A stretch of DNA of 64,000 nt, taken from Bacteroidales bacterium. Its GTDB lineage: Bacteria > Bacteroidota > Bacteroidia > Bacteroidales > P3. Each line of letters starts with the position of its first letter. Positions within the stretch are counted from its first letter, which is position 1. Below, one piece after another: positions 25,640 to 35,500 of the stretch. Where the stretch lies: assembly GCA_017480225.1 (NCBI GenBank), contig JAFVBB010000010.1, forward strand, positions 120,748 to 184,747, written 5' to 3'. The position numbers and the translations under genes are program-made. Below the pieces are notes generated by a model. It was not told the origin of the DNA. It did not search any database and saw only the letters and a program-made list of their open reading frames with translations.

Positions 25640-26272
25640 ATGACAACGAGAAAGCTAATAATGGCCGCCATGGCGCTGTTGACCATCGCCTGCGCCGCGC
25701 AAGCACAGCGCCGCTTCGATGCCGCCGTGTTTGCCGGAGCCAACTTCAACCAGCTTGACGGCGACGACGACGGCGGCTTCAACCACATCGGCCTGCGCGC
25801 AGGGGTTGGCACCAGCTTCAGTCTCACCACCGCAGCCGACTCGCCGCTCAGGCTGGGGGTGGAGCTGGCATTTTCCCAAAAAGGATCGACAATTAGCTCG
25901 AGCTTTGAGCGGCGCGCCACGCTGTCATACGTAGAGATACCGGTGATGCTGTCGCTCTCACTGTTCGACAGCAGGCTGCGCCTCTCGGCAGGCGTGGCGC
26001 CGGCACTTTTGGTAAAGGCGTCGGTCATACAGGGCGGCAGCCACAACACCGCACAGGAGCGCAACTACCTGCGTTTCGACCGCCTGCCGCTGGTGCTCAC
26101 CGCGCGCTATCTCTTCACCGACCACTGGGCGCTGGAGGCGCGATGGCAGAACTCGTTCCTCACTGTGTGCGAGCAGAGCGCGTCGGGCACCTACCGCATT
26201 TTCCGCGACAACAAGGGGGTGTTCCCGCGCACAGTCACACTCGGCATAGCCTACAACCTTTTCAACCGATAG
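25640..26272 (+). CDS. Outer-membrane beta-barrel protein (porin/PorT-like family)
   Basis: Signal peptide MAAMALLTIACAAQAQ, alternating hydrophobic beta-strand pattern, C-terminal GIAYNLF. Confidence 0.6.
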   Translation: MTTRKLIMAAMALLTIACAAQAQRRFDAAVFAGANFNQLDGDDDGGFNHIGLRAGVGTSFSLTTAADSPLRLGVELAFSQKGSTISSSFERRATLSYVEIPVMLSLSLFDSRLRLSAGVAPALLVKASVIQGGSHNTAQERNYLRFDRLPLVLTARYLFTDHWALEARWQNSFLTVCEQSASGTYRIFRDNKGVFPRTVTLGIAYNLFNR

Positions 26273-26297
26273 TCAGTCAACACACAACCAACAACCA

Positions 26298-26687
26298 ATG
26301 GCAAAGTCAACCAAAACAAAAATCCTGATAATAGTCCCCACCGTACTGGTGATTGCGCTGGCCACATACGTGTACTTCCAGTTCTTCTTCGTCTACAGCA
26401 CCGGCGTGAATGCAGGAGACATCAACTATTTCCAGCGCGAGGGTGTGATCTTCAAGACCTACGAGGGCAAGATGATACAGAGTGGGTTCCGCACCACTGG
26501 CAACGGCAACAACGACTTGCGCAGCAACGAATTCAAGTTCTCCGTGACCGACCGCGCCGTGGCCGACCAGCTGATGCGCTGCTCCGGCAAACATGTCGAG
26601 CTGCGCTGGAGGCGCTACATGGGCACACTGCCTTGGCGTGGCAAAAGCGAGTATGTGGCCTGCGAGGTCGTATCGGTAACAGAATGA
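26298..26687 (+). CDS. Membrane-anchored hypothetical protein
   Basis: 129 aa, N-terminal TM ILIIVPTVLVIALATYVYFQFFFV. Plausible codon usage. No family recognised. Confidence 0.5.
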   Translation: MAKSTKTKILIIVPTVLVIALATYVYFQFFFVYSTGVNAGDINYFQREGVIFKTYEGKMIQSGFRTTGNGNNDLRSNEFKFSVTDRAVADQLMRCSGKHVELRWRRYMGTLPWRGKSEYVACEVVSVTE

Positions 26688-26718
26688 TAGCAACAGCACA
26701 AAACAAATACCCTATCCG

Positions 26719-26973
26719 ATGAAGCACCACGTATACAACACCTTTGGCACATGCAGCGAACAGATTGAGTTCGACCTTGACGACCAGCGCCGCCTGCACA
26801 ACGTTGTCTTCCATGGAGGCTGCCATGGCAACACGCAGGGCGTGAGCCGTCTGGTTGAGGGAATGGAGGCAGACGAGGCCGTTTCGAGGCTTGAGGGCAT
26901 ACTCTGCAAGAGCAAGCCCACCTCGTGCCCCGACCAACTGGCACGAGCCATAAAAGAAGCCGTCGCAGGCTAA
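26719..26973 (+). CDS. TSCPD-domain small protein (TIGR03905-like)
   Basis: 84 aa with FHGGCHGNTQG and KPTSCPDQLARAI motifs. Confidence 0.7.
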   Translation: MKHHVYNTFGTCSEQIEFDLDDQRRLHNVVFHGGCHGNTQGVSRLVEGMEADEAVSRLEGILCKSKPTSCPDQLARAIKEAVAG

Positions 26974-26997
26974 CGCCGCACGACGGCTCAAAACCGA

Positions 26998-27024
26998 AGG
27001 CCGCACCCGGCAGGGGCGCGGCCT
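26998..27024. terminator. Bidirectional terminator between convergent genes
   Basis: AGGCCGCACCC / GGGCGCGGCCT stem (one mismatch), flanked by AAAACCGA on the left and GTTTGTTT on the right. Confidence 0.5.
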
Positions 27025-27030
27025 GTTTGT

Positions 27031-29517
27031 TTACTGCTGCTTTCTTCCCCGGCGGTAAACCAGCACCACCGACGCCACCATGGCCAACAGAGTGAAGATC
27101 GAGACGCAGAGGGTCAGCCTGTCCAGACGATGCAGGCGCGGAGCCTCATTGCGGAACTCTATCAAATGCTCACCGGCAGGCACCACCATGGCACGCAGAA
27201 CATAGTCGGCACGCATGTAGTCGGCAGGTTTGCCGTCGATGTAGGCGCGCCAGTCGGGCGAATAGTATATCTCGCTGAACACAGCCAGCTGGGCAGACGA
27301 ACTGCTCGAGCGGTAGCAGCGCAAGTCAGAACTGGCGGGCTTGGACGGCAGAAGCTCAATATGCGCCGTGCTGTCTGCCACAGGCTCAAAGCCATTGAGC
27401 ATTGCACCCCACTGGTCGAGGTCGACCACAGCAGTGCCCATCGGGTCGAAATCGGCCAAGGCCAGTATCTCCTCGTCGGCGCCATGCACCCCCTTCACCT
27501 CGCTCACAAAGCAGCAGTTCTGCATGGCATCGGGCAGACGCTGCACCTGGCCGTTCTGCATGACGACGTAGCGTGTGCCCAGCATGGCCAGCACACGCGG
27601 GTTAATCTGCCTTGAAAGATAGAAGTCTATGAGATTTTGGTAACGGCTGAGCTTGGCCGCGCTGTAGCCCCCAACCTGGTCGTGGAAAGCAGAGGGCTTG
27701 CTGTCATTGTACGTGTTCACAGCCAGGTTGAGCACACGGAAGTCGTGGTCGCCATAGAGGGCGGCCTGTTCATCGATGGCGTAATCCCACTGGTCACGGC
27801 GCAACTCGAGCTGGCGAGGCTCCACGAAGTTGTCATTGTTGAGGTAGCGGCGCCCCACTCCCCAAAGGTCCACCAGCGCCAGCAGCGACACCACAGCAAC
27901 CACCGCCGCATTGCTGCGCAGTTTGTCATTGTTGTAGAGCCACAGTGCTGCCGCCGACAGGATAATGAAGACCAACGAGCGCAGCGAGTCGCTCCTCAGC
28001 AGAGCCGCACGGTCGGCCAGCAGCACGTTGAATATTGACGGCCACTGGTCGCCATACTGTGCCTGCATCTGCCTGTCGGCAGCACCACTGAACGAGAAAC
28101 TGCCCGACGCCAGCAGCACTCCCACTATCAGCGCGCACAGCACACCCGTGGCGACATAGATGGCCAGATTGACTCGCTTGCGGTCGCGTTCCTTGCGCAG
28201 CACGGCCCCCATGGCCAACGCAGCCATAATCACCAGGCACACCTGGCTCAACACCAAGGCCATTGATGGCGTGCGGAACTTGTTGTAGAATGGCACATGA
28301 TCAAAGAGCCAGCCATTGAGCCCCATGAAGTTGCTGCCCCACGACATCATGGCGGCCAGCACAGCGGCAATGGCAATCCACCAGCGCTCCGGCCCCTTGC
28401 ACACGATGAAGCCCACCAATGCCAACAACAGCACCACTGCGCCGAAATACACAGGCCCGCTGGTGAACGGCTGCTCGCCCCAATAGAGCGGCGCCTGCTC
28501 TGAACGGAAATTGCGGTAGAACTGGCTGTCCTTGCCCACACGCTCGCCACTGCCCCCGCCAAAGGCGCCCGGCACCAGCACGGTGTAGGTCTCGCCAATG
28601 CCGTAGCTCCACGAGAAAGCATAGTCGATGTCGAGGCCGTCGGTGGTGTTCTGCTGCGCCGAGGCGGCAGCCTCGCCGTAGAGGTCGGCGGGTGTGACCG
28701 TGAGCTCATTGCCGCCACGCATGGTGTAGCGCGCATACTCTTCGTTCACAAGCAGCAGGCGCGCATTGCTGCCGAAAGCCAGCAGCGCCCCAGACACAAG
28801 CAACGCGGCCTTGAGGGCAAATGACTTGAAACGGCGACGCATGATGGCATACACCATGTAGACCAGCGCCGCCACCACGCACGCCACGGCGGTGTAGTAG
28901 GTGATCTGAATGTGGTTGAACGAAATCTGCAGTATGAGCGACAGCGTGAACAACAGGCAGCCCCACAACACACGACGGTTGCGCGTCTTCTTCTCCAGGC
29001 CGCCATCCGTGGCGCTGCGCAGCACCAGTGCCAGGCCGCCAAGTATCGGTGCCATCATGCTCATGGCCCAGGCCTTGGTGATATGCCCCGCCTCGATGAT
29101 GATGAGGTTGTAGCTGCCCAGGCCAAACGCCACAGCGCCGCCCAGGGCAAGCCACGGAGAGAGCCCGAATGCCAACAGGGCCAGATAGAAGCCAATCAGA
29201 TAGAGGAACAGCACACCGATGTTGCGCTCCAGCCCCAGCGGACGCATTATTGAGAGGTTGCGCAGTGGCCAAAAGACGGAGTGTTCCGGCTCGCTCACAA
29301 TCTGGTAGCCAGGCATACCGCTGAACATGGAGCTGTTCCAGTTGGGAATGGTGCCTGTGCTTTTCTTCTCCATTCGCTGCGAGTACGACATTGCCTCGCT
29401 CTTCTGGATGTCGCCCTGCCTAATGGCCTTGCCTTGCAGCGCGGGCGCCAAGTACACACAGGCCACCGCCAGCATGGCCACGACGGCAAACAGATGGTTC
29501 AGTGCTTTCTTCTTCAT
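27031..29517 (-). CDS. YfhO-family polytopic membrane protein
   Basis: 828 aa with many TM segments, a large C-terminal extracytoplasmic domain and a final TM. The size and layout match Bacteroidota YfhO proteins. Confidence 0.65.
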   Translation of the reverse strand: MKKKALNHLFAVVAMLAVACVYLAPALQGKAIRQGDIQKSEAMSYSQRMEKKSTGTIPNWNSSMFSGMPGYQIVSEPEHSVFWPLRNLSIMRPLGLERNIGVLFLYLIGFYLALLAFGLSPWLALGGAVAFGLGSYNLIIIEAGHITKAWAMSMMAPILGGLALVLRSATDGGLEKKTRNRRVLWGCLLFTLSLILQISFNHIQITYYTAVACVVAALVYMVYAIMRRRFKSFALKAALLVSGALLAFGSNARLLLVNEEYARYTMRGGNELTVTPADLYGEAAASAQQNTTDGLDIDYAFSWSYGIGETYTVLVPGAFGGGSGERVGKDSQFYRNFRSEQAPLYWGEQPFTSGPVYFGAVVLLLALVGFIVCKGPERWWIAIAAVLAAMMSWGSNFMGLNGWLFDHVPFYNKFRTPSMALVLSQVCLVIMAALAMGAVLRKERDRKRVNLAIYVATGVLCALIVGVLLASGSFSFSGAADRQMQAQYGDQWPSIFNVLLADRAALLRSDSLRSLVFIILSAAALWLYNNDKLRSNAAVVAVVSLLALVDLWGVGRRYLNNDNFVEPRQLELRRDQWDYAIDEQAALYGDHDFRVLNLAVNTYNDSKPSAFHDQVGGYSAAKLSRYQNLIDFYLSRQINPRVLAMLGTRYVVMQNGQVQRLPDAMQNCCFVSEVKGVHGADEEILALADFDPMGTAVVDLDQWGAMLNGFEPVADSTAHIELLPSKPASSDLRCYRSSSSSAQLAVFSEIYYSPDWRAYIDGKPADYMRADYVLRAMVVPAGEHLIEFRNEAPRLHRLDRLTLCVSIFTLLAMVASVVLVYRRGRKQQ

Positions 29518-29563
29518 TGCTTGTTGTTGATGGTGTGGTTATCAGGAGCTTACTGACAGCATG

Positions 29564-31552
29564 TCATTCATTGACGGTGGGATACTCCACCCGAACATGG
29601 TATATGCTCATCATTTTGCTTTTCAGGAATTTGCGTATACGGGCTATGTCGCCGTAGGAGAGTGGGCAGTTGTCGAGCTGCCGCGCGGCTATCTTGGCAT
29701 CAATCAGACTGTCTATCAAGCTGTCGGTCTTCTCCTTGTTGTGATATTTCAGCGAGCGGCAGGCGGCCTCCACGGTGTCAACAATCATCACCACCGCCGT
29801 CTCGCGGCTGTAGGGGCAGGGGCCGGGATAGCGGAACAGCGTCGTGTCGAACTCTTCCCCACCCTGCCGCTCTTTCTCCTTGGCGTAGAAATAGCCCGTG
29901 TAGGTGGTGCCGTGGTGGGTGCGGATGAAGTCCTGCACCTCGGCGGGCAGCCTGTAGCGACGCGCAAGCTCAAGCCCGTCGGTCACGTGGGCTGTGATGA
30001 TGCGCGCGCTCTCCACATAGTCAAGCTCGTCGTGCGGGTTGAAACCGGCATTCTGGTTCTCGGTGAAGTAGAGCGGGTTGCTCACCTTGCCAATGTCGTG
30101 GTACAGCGCGCCCACCTTTGCGAGCAGGGCGTTGCCGCCCACCTCGTTAACCAGGTCCTCGGCTATGTTGGCCACCTGCACCGAGTGCTGGAACGTGCCC
30201 GGAGCGCGTCGGCTCAGCTCGCGCAAGGCCGGATGGCTGGTGCTCGAAAGCTCGAGCAGCGTCAGGTTGGTGGTGACGCCCATCAGCTTCTCGAACAGGT
30301 AGATAAGCGGGTAGGCCAGCAGCGTGAGCAGCGAGTTGAGCAGGAAGATGAGATATTTCGACAGATCGAGCGACAGCAGGTTGGTCTCCTGGCTGAGCAC
30401 GCCGCTGGTGTAGATGAGCGAATAGCTTACGAAGATCACCAGCGACAGCGTGAAGAACTGGCTGCGCCGCTCCAGGTTGCGCACAACGATGATGCTCATC
30501 ATGCCGGTGACCAGCTGGTAGAAGATGAACTCGAATGAGTTCGGCACCAGGTTGGCCAGTATAATCACAGTGGTTAGATGGATGTAGAGGGCCACCCTCA
30601 TGTCGAAAAACACGCGCATCAGTATCGGCACGATGCAGAGCGGCACCAGCAGCACCCAGTCGGGTGCCAGCCTCACCATCAGCGCCTCAAGGGCAGACAC
30701 CAGCAGTATCAGCAGCATCACGAAGAGAACCTTCCTGTCCTCCTGCAGCAAGGGGTTGCCGGTGTTTTTCAAGAACATGAACAGGGCTGCGAATGCTATC
30801 AGCGCCAGCATCACCTGCCCGGCCATCTGCCCCGCGGGGCTGTAGTGGTCGGCGAAGCGGCGGTCGTTCTCGGCCTCGAGCGCGGCAATGGCCTGCGCCT
30901 GCTCCGAGGTGACCACCTCGCCCTTGGCCACAATCCTGTCGCCCTCCATCACCATGCGGCTGGTGTGCGACAGCTGCGACAGGCGGCTGTCGAGCTCGAG
31001 CGCCGTGCGCGGCGCGTCGACCACGATGCTGGGCTCCAGCACACTGTCGCGCAGCAGACCGGGCTGTAGGTCGTCGCGCGTGATGAAGTCGGCGCCGCGC
31101 CGCTGCCGCCCCACATTGCCGTCGAGCACCACCACGCTGTGCGACGACAGGTCGTCGATGCCCTGCGGCGACTGAATGTAGCCCACGCGGTAGACACTGT
31201 CAGCCTGCCTCCGCAGCTGCTTGCGCGTGGCGGCAGGAAGGTGCCGCAAGTCGCGGTCTATGCGTTCCATGGCACGGTGCCGGGCAGCGGAGTCGACGCG
31301 GTAGTAGAGTATCATCTTCTGCCGCTCGGCCTCCTCACGCATGGTAATCTCATCGGCGGTCTGCATCACGGCAAAGTCGAATGGCGCCACCAGGTCGGCC
31401 CCGCGCCAAAGGGCGCCCACCTTGTAGTCGTAGTGCGCACCACGGTGCTGATGCGGAAAAACCACGACAATCAGCACCGACGTGGCCAGCACTATCAACA
31501 ACTTGTATATGAGCGACAAGCGCTTCACAATAGAGGTTACAGCTCGTTTCAT
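29564..31552 (-). CDS. 7TM receptor with HD/HDIG phosphohydrolase domain (PgpH-like)
   Basis: Extracellular N-domain, 7 TM segments, then HSVQVANIAEDL...LYHDIGK...HHGT HD motifs. Start MKRAVTSIVKRL at 31552, 25 codons inside the track ORF. Confidence 0.8.
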   Translation of the reverse strand: MKRAVTSIVKRLSLIYKLLIVLATSVLIVVVFPHQHRGAHYDYKVGALWRGADLVAPFDFAVMQTADEITMREEAERQKMILYYRVDSAARHRAMERIDRDLRHLPAATRKQLRRQADSVYRVGYIQSPQGIDDLSSHSVVVLDGNVGRQRRGADFITRDDLQPGLLRDSVLEPSIVVDAPRTALELDSRLSQLSHTSRMVMEGDRIVAKGEVVTSEQAQAIAALEAENDRRFADHYSPAGQMAGQVMLALIAFAALFMFLKNTGNPLLQEDRKVLFVMLLILLVSALEALMVRLAPDWVLLVPLCIVPILMRVFFDMRVALYIHLTTVIILANLVPNSFEFIFYQLVTGMMSIIVVRNLERRSQFFTLSLVIFVSYSLIYTSGVLSQETNLLSLDLSKYLIFLLNSLLTLLAYPLIYLFEKLMGVTTNLTLLELSSTSHPALRELSRRAPGTFQHSVQVANIAEDLVNEVGGNALLAKVGALYHDIGKVSNPLYFTENQNAGFNPHDELDYVESARIITAHVTDGLELARRYRLPAEVQDFIRTHHGTTYTGYFYAKEKERQGGEEFDTTLFRYPGPCPYSRETAVVMIVDTVEAACRSLKYHNKEKTDSLIDSLIDAKIAARQLDNCPLSYGDIARIRKFLKSKMMSIYHVRVEYPTVNE

Positions 31553-31572
31553 TGCGCAAACAAAACAGACTG

Positions 31573-31580
31573 CAAAGATA
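31573..31580 (-). promoter_or_regulatory. -7 box TATCTTTG (minus strand) for the HD-domain gene
   Basis: The reverse complement of CAAAGATA matches TAnnTTTG, 21 nt upstream of the start. Confidence 0.45.
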
Positions 31581-31688
31581 CACATTTTTTCACAATCGGC
31601 CGTCACAAAACGCCTCTCCCACACCACTGCCGGCCGTGGCAGCCGGGCAGCCGGGCGCGCGTTTTAGCGCCATGTCGGAAAAAATTTG

Positions 31689-31696
31689 TAACTTTG
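31689..31696 (+). promoter_or_regulatory. -7 box TAACTTTG for bcp
   Basis: Matches TAnnTTTG, 14 nt upstream of ATG 31710. Confidence 0.45.
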
Positions 31697-31709
31697 CGTC
31701 GCATTTTCA

Positions 31710-32180
31710 ATGTTCAACCAACAAGACGACAACATGCTGCAAAAAGGCACAAAGGCGCCGTGGTTCGAGGGCGCCGACGAGAACGGCAACACCGTGAGGC
31801 TCGGTGATTTCGCAGGCAAGAAACTGGTGCTCTACTTCTACCCGAAGGACAGCACGCCGGGCTGCACCGCCGAGGCGTGCGACCTGCGCGACAACTACGA
31901 GCGCTTCCTCGCGCTGGGCTACGAGGTGCTGGGCGTGAGCCGCGACAGCGCCGAAAGCCACCGGCGCTTCATCGAGAAATACAGCCTGCCGTTCCACCTC
32001 ATCTCCGACCCAGAGCACCGCATACTCGAGGCCTACGAGGCATGGGGTGAGAAGAAGAACTACGGCAAGGTGACCGTCGGCACCCTTCGCACCACCTATG
32101 TCATCGACGAGGAGGGCGTGATTGCGGACGCCATCGGCAAGGTGAACACCAAGGAGCACACAAAGCAGATACTGCGGTAG
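31710..32180 (+). CDS. bcp: Thioredoxin-dependent thiol peroxidase (peroxiredoxin Bcp)
   Basis: KKLVLYFYPKDSTPGCTAEACDLRD and the overall 156-aa length match Bcp. Confidence 0.85.
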   Translation: MFNQQDDNMLQKGTKAPWFEGADENGNTVRLGDFAGKKLVLYFYPKDSTPGCTAEACDLRDNYERFLALGYEVLGVSRDSAESHRRFIEKYSLPFHLISDPEHRILEAYEAWGEKKNYGKVTVGTLRTTYVIDEEGVIADAIGKVNTKEHTKQILR

Positions 32181-32238
32181 CCCCCGCTCAGCCGCGCCGG
32201 CAGGCATGGCCCCGCCAGCCGTCAACGCCGCGCAAAGG

Positions 32239-32341
32239 CCGTCTGTTCTTCGATTGTTCTCCGATTGTTCTTCGATTGTTCTCCGATATAAAATCGAAGA
32301 ACAATCGAAGAACAATCGGAGAACAATCGAAGAACAGACGG
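32239..32341. repeat. Palindromic element copy 2, built from 11-bp TTCTYCGATTG units
   Basis: Two 49-nt arms (32239-32287, 32293-32341) pair at 48 of 49 positions around the loop ATAAA. Confidence 0.9.
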
Positions 32342-32515
32342 TGTTGACATTGCCCTGACACCGTGGCGAGCTGGTTTTCAGCATATTGCGCCAACGAGCA
32401 ATCATAAGTACCTGTGAATGAACACAGAAGGCAGGTGTCGAGCCGTGCCCGCGCGAACATTATTGCCGGGCAGCGCGCAATAAACGGCGGCCGGTGGCGT
32501 TAGTGGTGTTGATTT

Positions 32516-35500
32516 GTGCGCAAACTGCTAAAAATAACAGGAAGATGCCTGCTGGGCGTGCTGGTGGCGGTCTATGTGGCCATGGCCGCGCTTAACTATT
32601 CGGTGGTGCAGTCGTACCTGGGCGCGGCGGCGGGCAGCCACTTCTCCAAGGAGTGGGGCGGCGAGGTGAGCGTCGGCGCGATGCACATCATGCCGTGGAA
32701 CCACCTGATGCTGAAAGACGTGAGGCTGGTAGCCCCGGACGGCGACACGCTGCTCGACGTGGGCTCGCTGCGACTGCGCTTCAAGAGGTTCCCCTACAGC
32801 GACCACCACATCGACGTGGACCACCTCGTGCTGCGCGACGGCTACTACCATCTGGCCGTAGAGCGGCAGGACAACGGCCACCACCGGGTGAACCTGCAGT
32901 ATATTCTCGACCACTACGCCTCGGGGCATCACGACAGCACCAAGCCGTCGAAGCCCTTCACGGTCGACGTGCGCCACATGACGGTGAGCCACCTGCGCTA
33001 CAAGATGGAGCTGCCGGAGGGCAGCATCAACGCCTGGCGCGAGGGGGTGGACATAGGGCACATGGACTTCCGCGACATCAACATGCGGGCGCGCAACCTG
33101 CACGTGGTGAACGACGACGTGAGCGTGCAGCTGGTGAAGTTCAGCACCACCGAGCGCAGCGGCATGAGGGTGGACCACGTGGAGGCCGACGTGCACGTCA
33201 GCCCGCACGACATCACGGTGCACGGCTTCCGCCTGCTGACGCCGCAAAGCGAGGTGCTGGCCGACGTGGAGATACTCTGGGACGGCTGGGGCGGCCACGA
33301 CTACCTGGCCGACGTGGAGCACCGCATCACCCTGCACCCCGGCACCACCGTGGCGCTGGCCGACGCGGCCTACTGGGCGCCGGTGCTGTGGGGCATCGAC
33401 GCGCGCATCGACGCCGAGGGCCACGTGGACGGCACCATCGGCGACATGCACATCACCGACTTCATGGCCCACTGGGGCGACGGCTCGGCACTGCAGCTCA
33501 CCGGCGACGTGCGCGGCCTGCCCGACGTGGAGAGCACCGTGTTCGACGTCGACATCGAGCGGCTGCGCACCACGGCGGCCGACCTGCGGCGGCTTGGCAT
33601 AGTGAGCACCCGGGGCGAGCAGCCTCCGGCCCACTATGCCCGCATCGACCTGCCCGACCTGCTGCTGCGGCAGGTTGACTTCGTGGACCTCAACCTGCGC
33701 CTGCACGGAGGCATGGGCGAGCTCGGCACCGCCAACCTGCAGCTCGAGAGCGGCATGGGCGGACTGCACGCCGATGTCGTGATGAGACGCACCGACGGCG
33801 GCGGCGCGCGCTTCAACGCCGAGGTGGGCAGCAGTGGGCTGGGGCTCAAGGTGCTGCGCACCGACTGGCTGTCGCACACGGGCTTCGACCTCAGCTTGGC
33901 AGGCACGATGGAACGCCTCGACGACCCAGCCACCCTCTGCGCCACGCTCGACGGTCAGCTGAACGGCAGCGTGGTGCGCGGGCAACGGCTGGCCGCCATC
34001 GACCTAGGCGGCAGCGTGGACCACGGCCGCGGCCACGTGGAGATGAACTCTACCGACAGCGCCGCCCTCTTCACCGCGCAAGCCGACTTCGACGTGGCCG
34101 GCGGCATAAAGAAACTGGCCGCCCAGATCGACGCGCGCCGCATAGACACCGAGCGGCTCAACCTCACGGCGGCCGAATACAGCCCGCTGGCCGCCAGGCT
34201 CGACGTGAGGTACGAGGGCACGGACATCGACTCGATGCAGGGCGAGGTGCGCCTCTACGACGCCACGCTTGGGCCGAGGCTGGCCATGAGCCGCCTGGCC
34301 ATGAGCATCGCCGCGCGCCAGGGACAGAAGAACATCCTCCTGCAAAGCGACCCGATGGACGCCACGCTTGCCGGAAAATTCAGCTACTACGACCTGCCGC
34401 TGATGGCAATGAAGCTGGCCCACAGCGCACTGCCTGCCGACCTGGTGCGCATCGACACCCTCTATGCCGACGAGCAGCGGCGCATAGCCGACGCCAACCT
34501 GGGCTTCCACATCAACTGGCACGACAGCGAGGGGCTGGCAGAAACCTTCCTGCCCTCGCTCCGCATAGCCAACGGCACACGCATAGACGGCAGCTACAAC
34601 AACACGGAGAGCCTCAAGCTGGTGGTGCGCAGCGACTCGGTGGCCTACAACGGCCTGCGCCTCGACGGTGTGGGATTGGTGGGGCGCTCGGCCGGCGGCG
34701 ACCTGCTGCTCAGAGCCGAGGCTCAGGAGGTGCATGTGGGCTCAATGCCCCTGGCCCAGCGGGTGAGGCTCGGCACAGCCAGCAACCCAGGCTGCGCGAA
34801 GGTGGAGCTGGAATGGCAAAGCGACGACTACGACTCGCAGGGCGACCTGGCGCTGCAATACAGCGGCGGCGCAGTGAGCGTGCTGCGCGACGGCTTTACC
34901 CTGGGCGGCAACCAGTGGAGGCTCGGCATCGACAGCATGACAGTAATGGGCGGAGAAAGGATGGTGCTGGCGGGCAGCGGCGTCAGCCTGCGCAGCGAGC
35001 GGCAGTCGCTGGTGGCCGACGTCAGCCTGCGCGGCCTTCCGTCAGACAATGTGCAGCTGCTGCTCGACAACTTCTCGCTGCAGGGCATCGGCGACCTGCT
35101 GCTGCAGGGCAGCCCGCTGGCCATAGGCGGGCAGGTTGGAGGCCGATTCTCGCTCTACGGCCTGGCCGACAAGCCATACTTCAACGCCAACCTTACGCTC
35201 GACAGCTGCATGGTGAACCAGCAGCCGCTGGGCACTATGAGGCTCAACAGCAACTGGAACGCCGAACTGAATACAGTCAACATCAGCCTGCTGGGCAACC
35301 AGTTGGCAGCCGACGGGTGGGTGGAGCTTGGCGGCAGCTCGGAGGTGAGCATGGCCGTCGACTTCGACAGCCTCAACCTCACACTGCTCGCCCCGCTGCT
35401 CACAGGCTTCAGCAGCCACGTCGAGGGTATGCTGCACGGCAGCCTCGATGTGGGCGGCACATTGAGGCAGCCTCTGGTGGTGGGCGAGGCGAAGATAGAG

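Noticed and set aside
32371-32390. Sigma-54 promoter reading of CTGGTTTTCAGCATATTGCG (GG ... GC)
   Set aside because: The GG and GC dinucleotides are separated by 13 nt rather than the 10 nt required (TGGCAC-N5-TTGC). Copies 3 to 5 of the module lack the GC element.
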